A DNA stretch of 64,000 nt from Candidatus Eiseniibacteriota bacterium (GTDB lineage: Bacteria; Eisenbacteria; RBG-16-71-46), in the NCBI GenBank assembly GCA_963744995.1, contig CAVUWA010000009.1:96001-160000 (forward strand), written 5' to 3'. Made by a program: the position numbers and the translations under genes. Under the pieces are notes generated by a model that did no database searches, was not told the origin of the DNA, and saw only the letters and a list, made by a program, of their open reading frames with translations. Shown here in pieces: positions 38,326 through 47,103 of this stretch (the stretch's first letter is position 1; the number at the start of each line of letters is the position of its first letter).

Positions 38326-39405
38326 ATGCATGTCGATTTCCGGCGGCTCTGCGCCGTCCTGATCTGCATCACCCTGCTGGGGACGTACGCCTGCGGCAAG
38401 AAGGGGGGTGGGCCGACCGCACCCACCCCGGGCACGCCGAGCTGGCCCGCGCCCGATCCGGTGTCGATCAGCGTGCTCGGCTTCCCGACGATTCAGATCC
38501 CGGCCGACAATCCGACCACGGTGCAGGGCATCGCGCTCGGACGCCGTCTCTACTACGACCCGATCCTCTCGGGCGACAGCACGCAGGCCTGTGCGAGCTG
38601 CCACCAGTACGGCCACGCGTTCAGCCAGCCGCAGCCGTTCAGCATCGGCATCGATGGGCTCACCGGAACGCGCAATGCCCCCGCCCTGATCAACGTGGGC
38701 TGGCTGCAGACGGCGTTCTGGGACGGTCGCGTGAACTCGCTCGAGGACCAGGCGCGCCAGCCCGTCGCGAATCCGATCGAGATGCACTCCGACTGGAACG
38801 ACGTGGTGGCGAAGGTGCAGCGCAGCTCGTTCTACCCGGACCTGTTCGGGCGCGCGTTCGGCACGAACGTCGTCACCCAGGACCTCATCGTCAAGGCGAT
38901 CGCGCAGTTCGAGCGCACGTTCATCTCGCACAACAGCCGCTACGACCGTTTCGTGAAGGGCGAGATCCAGCTCTCCGGCCAGGAGATGGCCGGCATGGCG
39001 CTGTTCTTCACCGAGAAGGCCGACTGCTTCCACTGCCACGGCAATCTGCTGGCGACCGACAATCGTTTCCACAACGTGGGAGCGGATCAGAACAGCACCG
39101 ATCCGGGGCTCGGTGGGATCACCGGGAACCCCTCGGACATGGGCCTGTTCAAGACGCCGACGCTGCGCAACGTGGTGTTCACCCCGCCGTACTTCCACAA
39201 CGCGCGTTACAACACGGTGCGTGACGTGATCGAGCACTACAACCACGGCGTCTCCGGGGTGCCGAATCTGGATCCGCTGATCCGCCCGGCGGGGGTGGGG
39301 CTCGGGCTGCGCGAAGGACAGGTGGACACGCTGCTCGCCTTCGTCCTCACGCTCACCGATTCGAGTTTCCTCGCCGACACCTCGCTCGGACCGCAGGGGC
39401 CCTGA
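38326..39405 (+). CDS. mbnH: Di-haem cytochrome c peroxidase/MauG-family enzyme (MbnH-like) lipoprotein
   Basis: PADNP, LGRRLYYDPILS, CASCH, RNAPAL, FWDGR, CFHCH, FKTPTLRNV, PYFHN, VIEHY (candidate Tyr axial ligand as in MauG). Confidence 0.85.
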   Translation: MHVDFRRLCAVLICITLLGTYACGKKGGGPTAPTPGTPSWPAPDPVSISVLGFPTIQIPADNPTTVQGIALGRRLYYDPILSGDSTQACASCHQYGHAFSQPQPFSIGIDGLTGTRNAPALINVGWLQTAFWDGRVNSLEDQARQPVANPIEMHSDWNDVVAKVQRSSFYPDLFGRAFGTNVVTQDLIVKAIAQFERTFISHNSRYDRFVKGEIQLSGQEMAGMALFFTEKADCFHCHGNLLATDNRFHNVGADQNSTDPGLGGITGNPSDMGLFKTPTLRNVVFTPPYFHNARYNTVRDVIEHYNHGVSGVPNLDPLIRPAGVGLGLREGQVDTLLAFVLTLTDSSFLADTSLGPQGP

Positions 39406-39411
39406 GGCGGG

Positions 39412-39446
39412 CCTGACGCGGCGGCGGCGGGCGTCGCCGCGTCAGG
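39412..39446. terminator. Inverted repeat between convergent genes
   Basis: cctgacgcggcggcg / cgtcgccgcgtcagg, a 15-bp stem with one GU pair. Confidence 0.5.
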
Positions 39447-40071
39447 GCACGCGCGCGTTCGCGAAGGCGACGCTCCACTCGATGGCGCGCGCCATGTGTG
39501 CCTCCAGGGTGTGCCCGGAGCGCACGCGCGGCTTGAACGAGTGGTCACCGTCCGCGAGCCAGCGCACGGTGATCGTCTTCGAGAGGCGGTAACCGTCGAC
39601 GTCGACGCGGGTGCCGAACGGATCGCGTTCGCCCTGCACGATGAGCGCCGGCGTACGCAGCGTTTCGAGATGCCGGGTGCGCAGCTGGTCCGGGCGTCCC
39701 GGGGGGTGGAACGGGTAGCCCAGGCACAGCACGCCGCGCGCGCCCGCACGATCGGCGATCATGCTGGCGATGCGGCCGCCCATGGACTTGCCGCCGACCA
39801 GGACGCGGGCGCCGCCGCCCAGTGCCGCGACCACCGCGAGCCAGGTGTCCTCCAGCACCGCGGGCGGATTGGGACCGCGGCGCGGGCCGCCCGCGCGGCG
39901 CGCGGCCATGTAGGGAAACTCGAAGCGCGCGACGCGCAGGCCCGCGGCGGCGATCCCGGCGGCCATCTCGTTCATGAACGGCGCGTCCATCGGCAGCCCT
40001 GCACCGTGGGCCAGCGCGACGCTCAGCGGCGCGCGCGAAGGTCCGTCGAACAGCAACTCGGGTGGGTTCAT
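39442..40071 (-). CDS. Small alpha/beta hydrolase
   Basis: LAHGAG, RFEFPY, GGKSMGGR nucleophile elbow, GYPFHPPG, QGERDPFG, GDHSF. Confidence 0.9.
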   Translation of the reverse strand: MNPPELLFDGPSRAPLSVALAHGAGLPMDAPFMNEMAAGIAAAGLRVARFEFPYMAARRAGGPRRGPNPPAVLEDTWLAVVAALGGGARVLVGGKSMGGRIASMIADRAGARGVLCLGYPFHPPGRPDQLRTRHLETLRTPALIVQGERDPFGTRVDVDGYRLSKTITVRWLADGDHSFKPRVRSGHTLEAHMARAIEWSVAFANARVP

Positions 40072-40184
40072 CGGCAGGCCTCCGGCGCCGTTGCGGCGGC
40101 CGCGGGGTGCGGCGCCGTTTCGGCTAGACTGAGGGGCCCAGTCTACACGGCGCCCGTCCCGGCCCGCACGTTCCGGAGCCCTCC

Positions 40185-41009
40185 ATGAACCGCGACCGCA
40201 GCCCGCAGCACGAACAGATGGCCGACGAGTCCATGGTGCGCAATCTGGCCGCGCAGATCGAGGCCATCTGGCCGCAGGAGGCGCCGTTGTTCGCGCGCTA
40301 CGGGCTCGGCTCTCACGCGAGGATCCTCGACGCGGGATGCGGCACGGGGGAGGCGACGCTGCGGCTGGCGGAGATGTTTGCGGACGCGCGGCTCACGGGC
40401 GTCGATCTCGTCGAGTCGCACCTCGCGCTGGCCGCCGAGCGCACGGGATCGCTGGGCCCGCGGGTGGGCTTCGAGGTCGCCGACGTGACGGCGCTGCCGC
40501 ACGCGGACGCCGTCTTCGACCTCGCGGTCTGCCGCCACGTGCTGCAGGCGGTGCCCGATCCGGCACGGGTGCTGGGCGAGCTCATGCGGGTCACGCGGCC
40601 CGGGGGACGGCTGCACCTGGTCGCCGAGGACTACGGCATGATCTTCCTGCACCCGACCCGGCTCGGCACCGAGCGCTTCTGGGGCGCGGTCACGTCGGCG
40701 TTCGGACCGGCGCTCGGCACCGACCTGCGTGTCGGCCGCCATGCGTACACGCTCCTCCACGAGGCCGGCGCTGCGGACGTCGCGCTGGAGTACGTGATCG
40801 TGGACACGCTGCGGGTTCCGCGCGCTGTTTTCGCCGCCATCTTCGAGGCCTGGCGCGACGGCTACGCCGGGGGCATCGGCCTCCATACGCCGATCACCCG
40901 CGAGGCGGCGCTGGCCCACTTCGGCGACATGATCGCGTGCATCCGCGACCCGGCCGGCTACGCCGTCTGGATGGTGCCGGTGCTGAGTGCGGTCGTGCCC
41001 GGGGCGTGA
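40185..41009 (+). CDS. Class I SAM-dependent methyltransferase
   Basis: [26 protein letters not shown]. Confidence 0.9.
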   Translation: MNRDRSPQHEQMADESMVRNLAAQIEAIWPQEAPLFARYGLGSHARILDAGCGTGEATLRLAEMFADARLTGVDLVESHLALAAERTGSLGPRVGFEVADVTALPHADAVFDLAVCRHVLQAVPDPARVLGELMRVTRPGGRLHLVAEDYGMIFLHPTRLGTERFWGAVTSAFGPALGTDLRVGRHAYTLLHEAGAADVALEYVIVDTLRVPRAVFAAIFEAWRDGYAGGIGLHTPITREAALAHFGDMIACIRDPAGYAVWMVPVLSAVVPGA

Positions 41010-41179
41010 GGCCGGGCCGCGCGCAAGGGGGGCTCGACCCCCGCCACTTGACGCACTCGGGGCCGGCATGGTCCAATCCCCCGTCTTTTTCCGGCGGGCC
41101 CGCCCGAGCGGCCTCCGGTTCTTCTGATCATCGTCTGCCCAGGGCTCACCAGGCCCGCCAGGGCCGCCCAGGAGTCGAC

Positions 41180-41416
41180 ATGAGCCGAGTCTGTCAGGTC
41201 ACGGGGATCGGTCCCCGCTCCGGTAACAACGTCAGTCACGCCAACAACAAGACGCGCCGGCGCTGGCTGCCCAATTTGATGTCCAAGCGCTTCTATCTGG
41301 AAGAGGAGAAGCGCTGGATCCGTCTTCGCGTCTCCGCGAAGGGCATGAGGACGATCGACAAGAAGGGCCTGGCCGCGGTGGTGCGCGAGATGCGCGCGCG
41401 CGGCGTCAAGGTCTGA
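41180..41416 (+). CDS. rpmB: 50S ribosomal protein L28
   Basis: MSRVCQVTG...[19 protein letters not shown]...[23 protein letters not shown]. Confidence 0.97.
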   Translation: MSRVCQVTGIGPRSGNNVSHANNKTRRRWLPNLMSKRFYLEEEKRWIRLRVSAKGMRTIDKKGLAAVVREMRARGVKV

Positions 41417-41435
41417 CCCGCTCGCGGTCTGCGTC

Positions 41436-41470
41436 GCGGGTCCCGGCTGCGCCGGGGCCCGTCTGTTCTT
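41436..41470 (+). terminator. Probable intrinsic terminator after rpmB
   Basis: 12-bp GC stem gcgggtcccggc/gccggggcccgt followed by ctgttctt. Confidence 0.55.
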
Positions 41471-41596
41471 CCCGCACGGTTCGCGTCTCCCCGACGCCCC
41501 CGCCCTAAAGGCCCGCCACCCGTCTGCCGATAGACGCCCTGTACCTCGCTTCCCCCTCGGAGCGCGCAGGTCCTTCCATTCCTCCGAGGGGCGTCC

Positions 41597-43141
41597 GTGT
41601 CCGAACTCCAACGTCTGCAGAGCCGGCCGGTCACCGACATTCTGGTCGAAGCCGGCGCCGTCACGCCCGAGCACGTCGAAGCCGCGCTCGAATACCAGCG
41701 CGAGACCGGGCTGCGCATCGGCGAGCAGCTCGTCGCGATGGGCGCGGTGAGCGAAGAAGACATCGGCTGGGCGCTGGCGCAGCAGTTCGGCATCCCGTTC
41801 GTGGACATCGTCCCGGGTACGATCGATCTCGAGCTGGTCAAGCGCTTCCCCGAGGACCTGCTGCGTCGCAACGCGGCGCTGCCGCTGGTGCGCAACAGCG
41901 ACGGCATCTCGGTCGCGATCTCCGACCCGACCGACCTCGAGACCGCGCAGGCGATCGAGCAGGCCGCGGCGCGCCCGCTGGTGCTGTGCATGGCGACGCG
42001 CAGTTCGATCCTCGCGGTGCTGGACAACGTGTTCGGCGCCGCGCCGGGCGAAGCGGGGCGCCGCCACGAGCGCGGTCAGGCGCCGGAGTCCTACGGCGAT
42101 CGTTCGGGCACCGGCTTTCTGCAGCTGCACGTGACGCAGGGACTCGCCGCCGGGGCGAGCGAGGTGCATTTCATCCCGATGAACGGGCAGCTCGAGATCG
42201 AGCATCGTATCGACGGGCGCATGTCGAGAGTCGCCTCGGTGCGCTTCAACGCCCTGTACGGGCTGCTGGCGCGGATCGAGGCGCTGGGGGGGCCGGTCAT
42301 GGACGGCTCCGGCGATCACGCCGGCGGACGCGTGCTGTGCCCGCTCGGCGACCGCACCCTGCCGATCGAGGTTTCGCTCCTCAACTGCGAACAGGGCATC
42401 GCGGTGTCGCTGGCGCTCTGGGACCCGCGCGTCATGCGCCCGTCGCTCGAGACGCTCGGCATGGACCCCGTGGACGTGGCGGCGCTGCGCGAGGTGCTGC
42501 ACGGCCCCGCGGGGCTGGTGATCGTCAGCGGTCCCCCCGGTTCGATGTGCTCGCGCACGATGTCCGCGCTGCTCGGTGCGGTCCCGCCGGGCGGCCGGCT
42601 CAGCGTGGCGATCGAGCGGCCGTGGGGTCAGCGCTTCGACGCGATGGTGCGCCTGGCGCTCGAGCCCGCGCGCGCACGCGGGGTCTGGGAGGACGTGATC
42701 GTGGGGCAGAACGCCGACGTGGTCGTGCTCGACGACGTGCTGAACGGCGAGGCCGTGTCGGGCGTGCTGTCGCCGGCCGTCAACGGGCGGCTGCTGCTCG
42801 CGAGTACCGACTGGACCGACACGTTCGACCTGCTGGACGAGCTGCTCACGCGGCGTCAGGGGCGCAACGTGCTGGCCGCGCGGCTGCAGGCCGTGATCCA
42901 GCCACGTGTGATCCGGAACGGCGGCATGCGCCGCGACGGCGCCCTGGCCGGTCCGGACGCGATTTACGAGGTGCTCGCGCTGGACGGTGCGCTGCGGGAC
43001 GCGCTGCGCGCCGGTGCGGGCGGCCCGGAGCTGCGCAGCATGGCGATCGCCGCCGGGTTCCAGACGCTCGAAGCGCGCGCCGCGCGGCGCGTGACCGATG
43101 GCACGCTGACCGCGGCGCAGGCCGCGCGACTGCTGTCTTGA
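41597..43141 (+). CDS. GspE/PilB-like protein with MshEN-type N-terminus and degenerate ATPase domain
   Basis: RIGEQLVAMGAVSEED, ISDPTD, GASEVHF.P, RIDG. Walker A position reads GPPGSMCSRT and Walker B position reads VVVLDDV. Confidence 0.85.
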   Translation: MSELQRLQSRPVTDILVEAGAVTPEHVEAALEYQRETGLRIGEQLVAMGAVSEEDIGWALAQQFGIPFVDIVPGTIDLELVKRFPEDLLRRNAALPLVRNSDGISVAISDPTDLETAQAIEQAAARPLVLCMATRSSILAVLDNVFGAAPGEAGRRHERGQAPESYGDRSGTGFLQLHVTQGLAAGASEVHFIPMNGQLEIEHRIDGRMSRVASVRFNALYGLLARIEALGGPVMDGSGDHAGGRVLCPLGDRTLPIEVSLLNCEQGIAVSLALWDPRVMRPSLETLGMDPVDVAALREVLHGPAGLVIVSGPPGSMCSRTMSALLGAVPPGGRLSVAIERPWGQRFDAMVRLALEPARARGVWEDVIVGQNADVVVLDDVLNGEAVSGVLSPAVNGRLLLASTDWTDTFDLLDELLTRRQGRNVLAARLQAVIQPRVIRNGGMRRDGALAGPDAIYEVLALDGALRDALRAGAGGPELRSMAIAAGFQTLEARAARRVTDGTLTAAQAARLLS

Positions 43142-43151
43142 GGGGGTGCGC

Positions 43152-44360
43152 GTGGCCTGTGATCTGACCGCCCTGCTGAGCTTCGCCAGGGACGAAGGCG
43201 CTTCCGACCTCCACATCTCCGCCGGCCTGCCGCCGTTGCTCCGGATCCGCGGCGAGATCATGAAGCTCGAGATGGCGCCGCTCTCGGCCGAGGACACCCA
43301 CGCCGCCATCTACGACATCCTCAACGACGAGCAGAAGCGGCTGTTCGAGGAGCATCGCGACCTCGACTTCGCCTTCGAGATCCCCGGCGTGTCGCGCTTC
43401 CGCGCCAACGTCCTCTGGCAGCAGCGCGGCGAGGGCGCCGTGTTCCGCGTGGTGCCGACGACCGTGAAGACGCTCGAAGAGCTCGGCATGCCGAAGGTGC
43501 TCAAGGATCTCGCGATGAAGGAGAAGGGGCTGGTGGTGGTCACCGGACCTACCGGTTCGGGCAAGTCCACGACGCTGGCCGCGATGGTGGACCACGTGAA
43601 CGATACGCGCCGCGGCCACATCCTGACGATCGAGGACCCGATCGAGTTCGTGCACACGCCGAAGAAGTGCGTCATCAACCAGCGCGAGGTCGGGCCGCAT
43701 ACGAAGTCCTTCGCCGCCGCGCTGCGCGCGGCGCTGCGCGAAGATCCGGACGTGATTCTGGTGGGGGAGCTGCGCGATCTCGAAACCACCCAGCTCGCGA
43801 TCAGCGCCGCGGAAACCGGGCATCTCGTGTTCGCGACCCTGCACACCAATTCCGCGTCGAAGACCGTCGACCGCATCATCGACATCTTTCCGTCCGGCCA
43901 GCAGGCGCAGGTGCGCACCATGCTGTCGGAGTCGCTCGAGGGCGTGGTCGCCCAGTCGCTGCTGCCCTCGAAGGACGGCAAGGGCCGGGTCGCCGCGCTC
44001 GAGGTGCTGGTGGGCGTGCCGGCGCTGCGCAACCTGATCCGCGAGGACAAGACCGCGCAGATCCTGTCGGTGATTCAGACCGGCGCCCAGCACGGCATGC
44101 AGAGCCTCGACCAGTCGTTGCGCGATCTGGTGATGCAGGGCCGGCTGTCGCGCGGCGAGGCCATGAAGAAGTCGTCGAACCCCAGGTTGTTCGAGGGCGT
44201 GGGCGCGGGGAGCGCCGGCGCCGCCGAAGGGGCGATGGGAGGGACTCCCGCGCGGCCCGTGCCGCTCGCGGCGGGCAGCGTGACGGGGGGCACGGGCGCG
44301 ATGCGACCGGCGCCCGCGCCCGAGCCGGAGAAGAAGAAGCCCGGCCTGTTCGGCCGCTAG
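43152..44360 (+). CDS. pilT: Type IV pilus retraction ATPase PilT
   Basis: GASDLH, GPTGSGKSTT, TIEDPIE, ALREDPDVILVGELRD, TGHLVFATLHT, ALRNLIRE, GMQSLD. Alternative GTG at 43146. Confidence 0.95.
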   Translation: MACDLTALLSFARDEGASDLHISAGLPPLLRIRGEIMKLEMAPLSAEDTHAAIYDILNDEQKRLFEEHRDLDFAFEIPGVSRFRANVLWQQRGEGAVFRVVPTTVKTLEELGMPKVLKDLAMKEKGLVVVTGPTGSGKSTTLAAMVDHVNDTRRGHILTIEDPIEFVHTPKKCVINQREVGPHTKSFAAALRAALREDPDVILVGELRDLETTQLAISAAETGHLVFATLHTNSASKTVDRIIDIFPSGQQAQVRTMLSESLEGVVAQSLLPSKDGKGRVAALEVLVGVPALRNLIREDKTAQILSVIQTGAQHGMQSLDQSLRDLVMQGRLSRGEAMKKSSNPRLFEGVGAGSAGAAEGAMGGTPARPVPLAAGSVTGGTGAMRPAPAPEPEKKKPGLFGR

Positions 44361-44408
44361 CCGCGACGGCCGGGCGGCCGCCGCGACCGCGCGAAAAGGA
44401 ACCCGTAC

Positions 44409-45533
44409 ATGCATCTGGACGAACTGCTCACCGGACTCCGCGAGCGCGGCGGCTCGGACCTCTACCTCACCGCGGACTCGGCGCCGCTGTACCGCGTCGA
44501 CGGCTCGACGCAGCCGGCGCTGGATCTGGTGTTCGACGCCACGGAGGTCGAGCGGTTGATTCGCGAGGTCATGAGCCCGGCCGATGCCGAGACCTTCGAC
44601 CGCACCCACGAGCTCAACAGCGCGCGCCTCGTCCAGGGCGTCGGCCGCTTCCGCATCAACGTGTTCCGGCAGCGCGGTCAGGTGGGGCTCGTCGCGCGGC
44701 TGATTCCGATCGACTTTCCCTCGGCCGGCGAGCTCGGGCTGCCCGATGCGCTCACGACGCTGATCATGGAAAAGCGCGGCCTGATCCTGGTCACCGGCGC
44801 GACCGGCTCGGGCAAGTCCACGACGCTGGCGGCGCTGATCGCTCACCGCAACGAGCACTCGCGTGGCCACATCCTCACGATCGAGGACCCGATCGAGTTC
44901 GTCCACCCGCACCGGGGCTGCGTCATCACGCAGCGCGAGGTGGGTGTCGACACGGCGTCGTTCGCGGCGGGACTCAAGAGCGCCCTGCGCCAGGCGCCAG
45001 ACGTCATCCTGATCGGCGAGATGCGCGACCTCGAGACGGTCGAGGCGGCGCTGCACTTCGCCGAAACCGGGCACCTGGTGCTCGGTACGCTGCACGCCAA
45101 CAACGCGAATCAGGCCGTCGAGCGGGTCCTCAACTTCTTCAACGCCGAACTCCACGAACAGATCTATCAGCAGCTCTCGCTCAACCTGCGCGGCATCGTC
45201 TCGCAGCGACTGGTGCCGCGCGCCGACGGCAGGGGGCGGGTTGCGGCGATTGAGGTGATGCTCAACTCGCCGCGCATCGCCGACCTGGTCGCCAAGGGCG
45301 AGATCGCGGCGCTCAAGGCGGCGATCGAGCACAACGCCCGGGACGGCTCGCGTTCGTTCGACCAGGCCCTGTACGAGCTCTATCGTGAAGGGCTGATCGA
45401 ACTCGACGAGGCGCTGCGACAGGCCGACAGCGCGAACAACCTGCGGCTCAAGATCAAGATGGAGCGGGCGGGCGAGGGCGCCGGCGAGAAGCCGCAGTTC
45501 AGCATCCGACAGGAAGACCGGGACGATTTCTGA
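44409..45533 (+). CDS. pilU: PilT/PilU family ATPase (PilU)
   Basis: GSDLYLT, GATGSGKSTT, QREVGVDT, LRQAPDVILIGEMRD, TLHANNANQA, ADSANNLRL. Confidence 0.92.
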   Translation: MHLDELLTGLRERGGSDLYLTADSAPLYRVDGSTQPALDLVFDATEVERLIREVMSPADAETFDRTHELNSARLVQGVGRFRINVFRQRGQVGLVARLIPIDFPSAGELGLPDALTTLIMEKRGLILVTGATGSGKSTTLAALIAHRNEHSRGHILTIEDPIEFVHPHRGCVITQREVGVDTASFAAGLKSALRQAPDVILIGEMRDLETVEAALHFAETGHLVLGTLHANNANQAVERVLNFFNAELHEQIYQQLSLNLRGIVSQRLVPRADGRGRVAAIEVMLNSPRIADLVAKGEIAALKAAIEHNARDGSRSFDQALYELYREGLIELDEALRQADSANNLRLKIKMERAGEGAGEKPQFSIRQEDRDDF

Positions 45534-45858
45534 GCGGCCCCGGCCCGCCGGCCCGCGCGCCGTGCCGTGGCGCCGACCGGGGCGGGCCGTGGCGACCAGC
45601 GTCACCGCGATCCGGCGGACGGAACGCCTCTGCTGCGGCACCCGCCCGCGTGCCGCCATCCCCCGGACACCGCCGGCCGCGAACGCCCGGCCGCGGCCAT
45701 GGCGGAACGGAAACGGGCGGTGACTGAGCTGCGCGCGGCTCGTGGCCCGCGCGCGGAGCTCATGCTACCTTGCGCCCTTCGCGTGTCTGGAGGGGCGGCC
45801 TCTGGCCCATGGAAAGGGAGCGTCCGGGCGGTTGACTCAGGAATCCTGTCGTCGGGGC

Positions 45859-47103
45859 ATGCGTGCCGCCTGGCTGGCGGTGCTCGCCGGCTGGGCGCTG
45901 GCCGGGCCGGCCTTTGCACGCGCACCGCTCGACCCGCCCGCGGGGACGCCGGGCCCGGCCGTGGCGCCGATCCTGCGGCTCGAGCGCGAGGACGCGATCG
46001 CCACCCCGCCGGATCTGCTGCCGGACGCGGCCGACGCGACCCCCGCCACGCCGCCCGCACCGGCGGGTGACGCTGCCGTCGGCGCACCGCGCGCGTGGTT
46101 CTACCACGGCCTCGACTACGGCAGCGAGTCGCTGATCCAGCCGCTCCGGCTGGTCGTCAACGGCGTCTTCGGCATCCTGCAGCTCGACAACCGCGACAAG
46201 CGGCTCGGCAAGATCGCCTACGGCACCGGCATCGACAACGTCTGGATGAACATGAAGAACCCCTTGCGCGGGATCCGCGAGACGGGCGGCTGGTCGGACT
46301 TCCTCGAGCGCGAGGTGCTGCCGCTGTCGGTGAACAGCAACAAGGCGCAGTTCTGGCCCAACTACACGCAGCACCTGGTCGGCGGCGGCATGAGCTACCG
46401 CATGTACGTCGAGTGGTACCGGGCGCACGGCGTGGCGCGCCCGAAGCTCATGTCGGGAGCGACGATCGCCGTCTATCACTTCTTCAACGAGGTCGTCGAG
46501 AACGACGATTTCCGTGGCTGGACCACGGACCCGATCGCGGATCTGTACATCTTCGACCCGCTCAGCATCGTGTTCTTCAGCAACGACGGCGTGGCGCGCT
46601 TCTTCGGTGAGACCATGCACATGGCCGACTGGTCCTACCAGCCGTCGATCGATCCATCCGACGGCTCGCTGATCAACAACGGCCAGAATTTCGCGCTCAA
46701 GTACGACCTGCCCTGGTCCAGCCGCTGGCAGGTCTTCTATCACTTCGGCACGCACGCCGAGCTCGGGCTCACGCGGCGGCTGAACCGACGTGACTCGTTC
46801 AGCTTCGGCGCCGGCCTGCGCGCCGGCGAACTGGTTCAGCTCGACAACGGTTTCCGCACCGTGGACCTCGCAGCGTCAGCGGGCCTGTTCTACGACCGCA
46901 ACAACTCGCTGCTGGCGAGCCTGACGATGGCGAAGACCAAGGAATACCGTTACCGCTTCAACGTGTATCCGGGGGTGCTGCGGCTCGGCCCGGTGGCGCC
47001 GGGCGTGTTCATGGCCGACCGTCGCACGAAGGGACTGGTGTTCGGCGTGACGCTCGACTTCCTGCCTGCGCTGCCGGTGGGGATCGCGAGCGATTTCAAG
47101 TGA
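45859..47103 (+). CDS. Exported hypothetical protein, possibly outer-membrane (beta-rich C-terminal half)
   Basis: Signal peptide ending AFA, Pro-rich linker, aromatic-rich alternating segments. Stop overlaps the MFS start (GTGA). Confidence 0.7.
   Translation: MRAAWLAVLAGWALAGPAFARAPLDPPAGTPGPAVAPILRLEREDAIATPPDLLPDAADATPATPPAPAGDAAVGAPRAWFYHGLDYGSESLIQPLRLVVNGVFGILQLDNRDKRLGKIAYGTGIDNVWMNMKNPLRGIRETGGWSDFLEREVLPLSVNSNKAQFWPNYTQHLVGGGMSYRMYVEWYRAHGVARPKLMSGATIAVYHFFNEVVENDDFRGWTTDPIADLYIFDPLSIVFFSNDGVARFFGETMHMADWSYQPSIDPSDGSLINNGQNFALKYDLPWSSRWQVFYHFGTHAELGLTRRLNRRDSFSFGAGLRAGELVQLDNGFRTVDLAASAGLFYDRNNSLLASLTMAKTKEYRYRFNVYPGVLRLGPVAPGVFMADRRTKGLVFGVTLDFLPALPVGIASDFK

Noticed and set aside
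41180..41416. L28 lacking the zinc-ribbon cysteines as a zinc-starvation paralogue
   Set aside because: The Cys-poor form is the normal L28 in many diderms, and no Zur-like box is seen.
45534..45858. GC-rich 325-bp intergenic region as riboswitch or ncRNA
   Set aside because: Only generic GC pairing. I cannot recognise any conserved RNA motif, and an Rfam scan would be needed.
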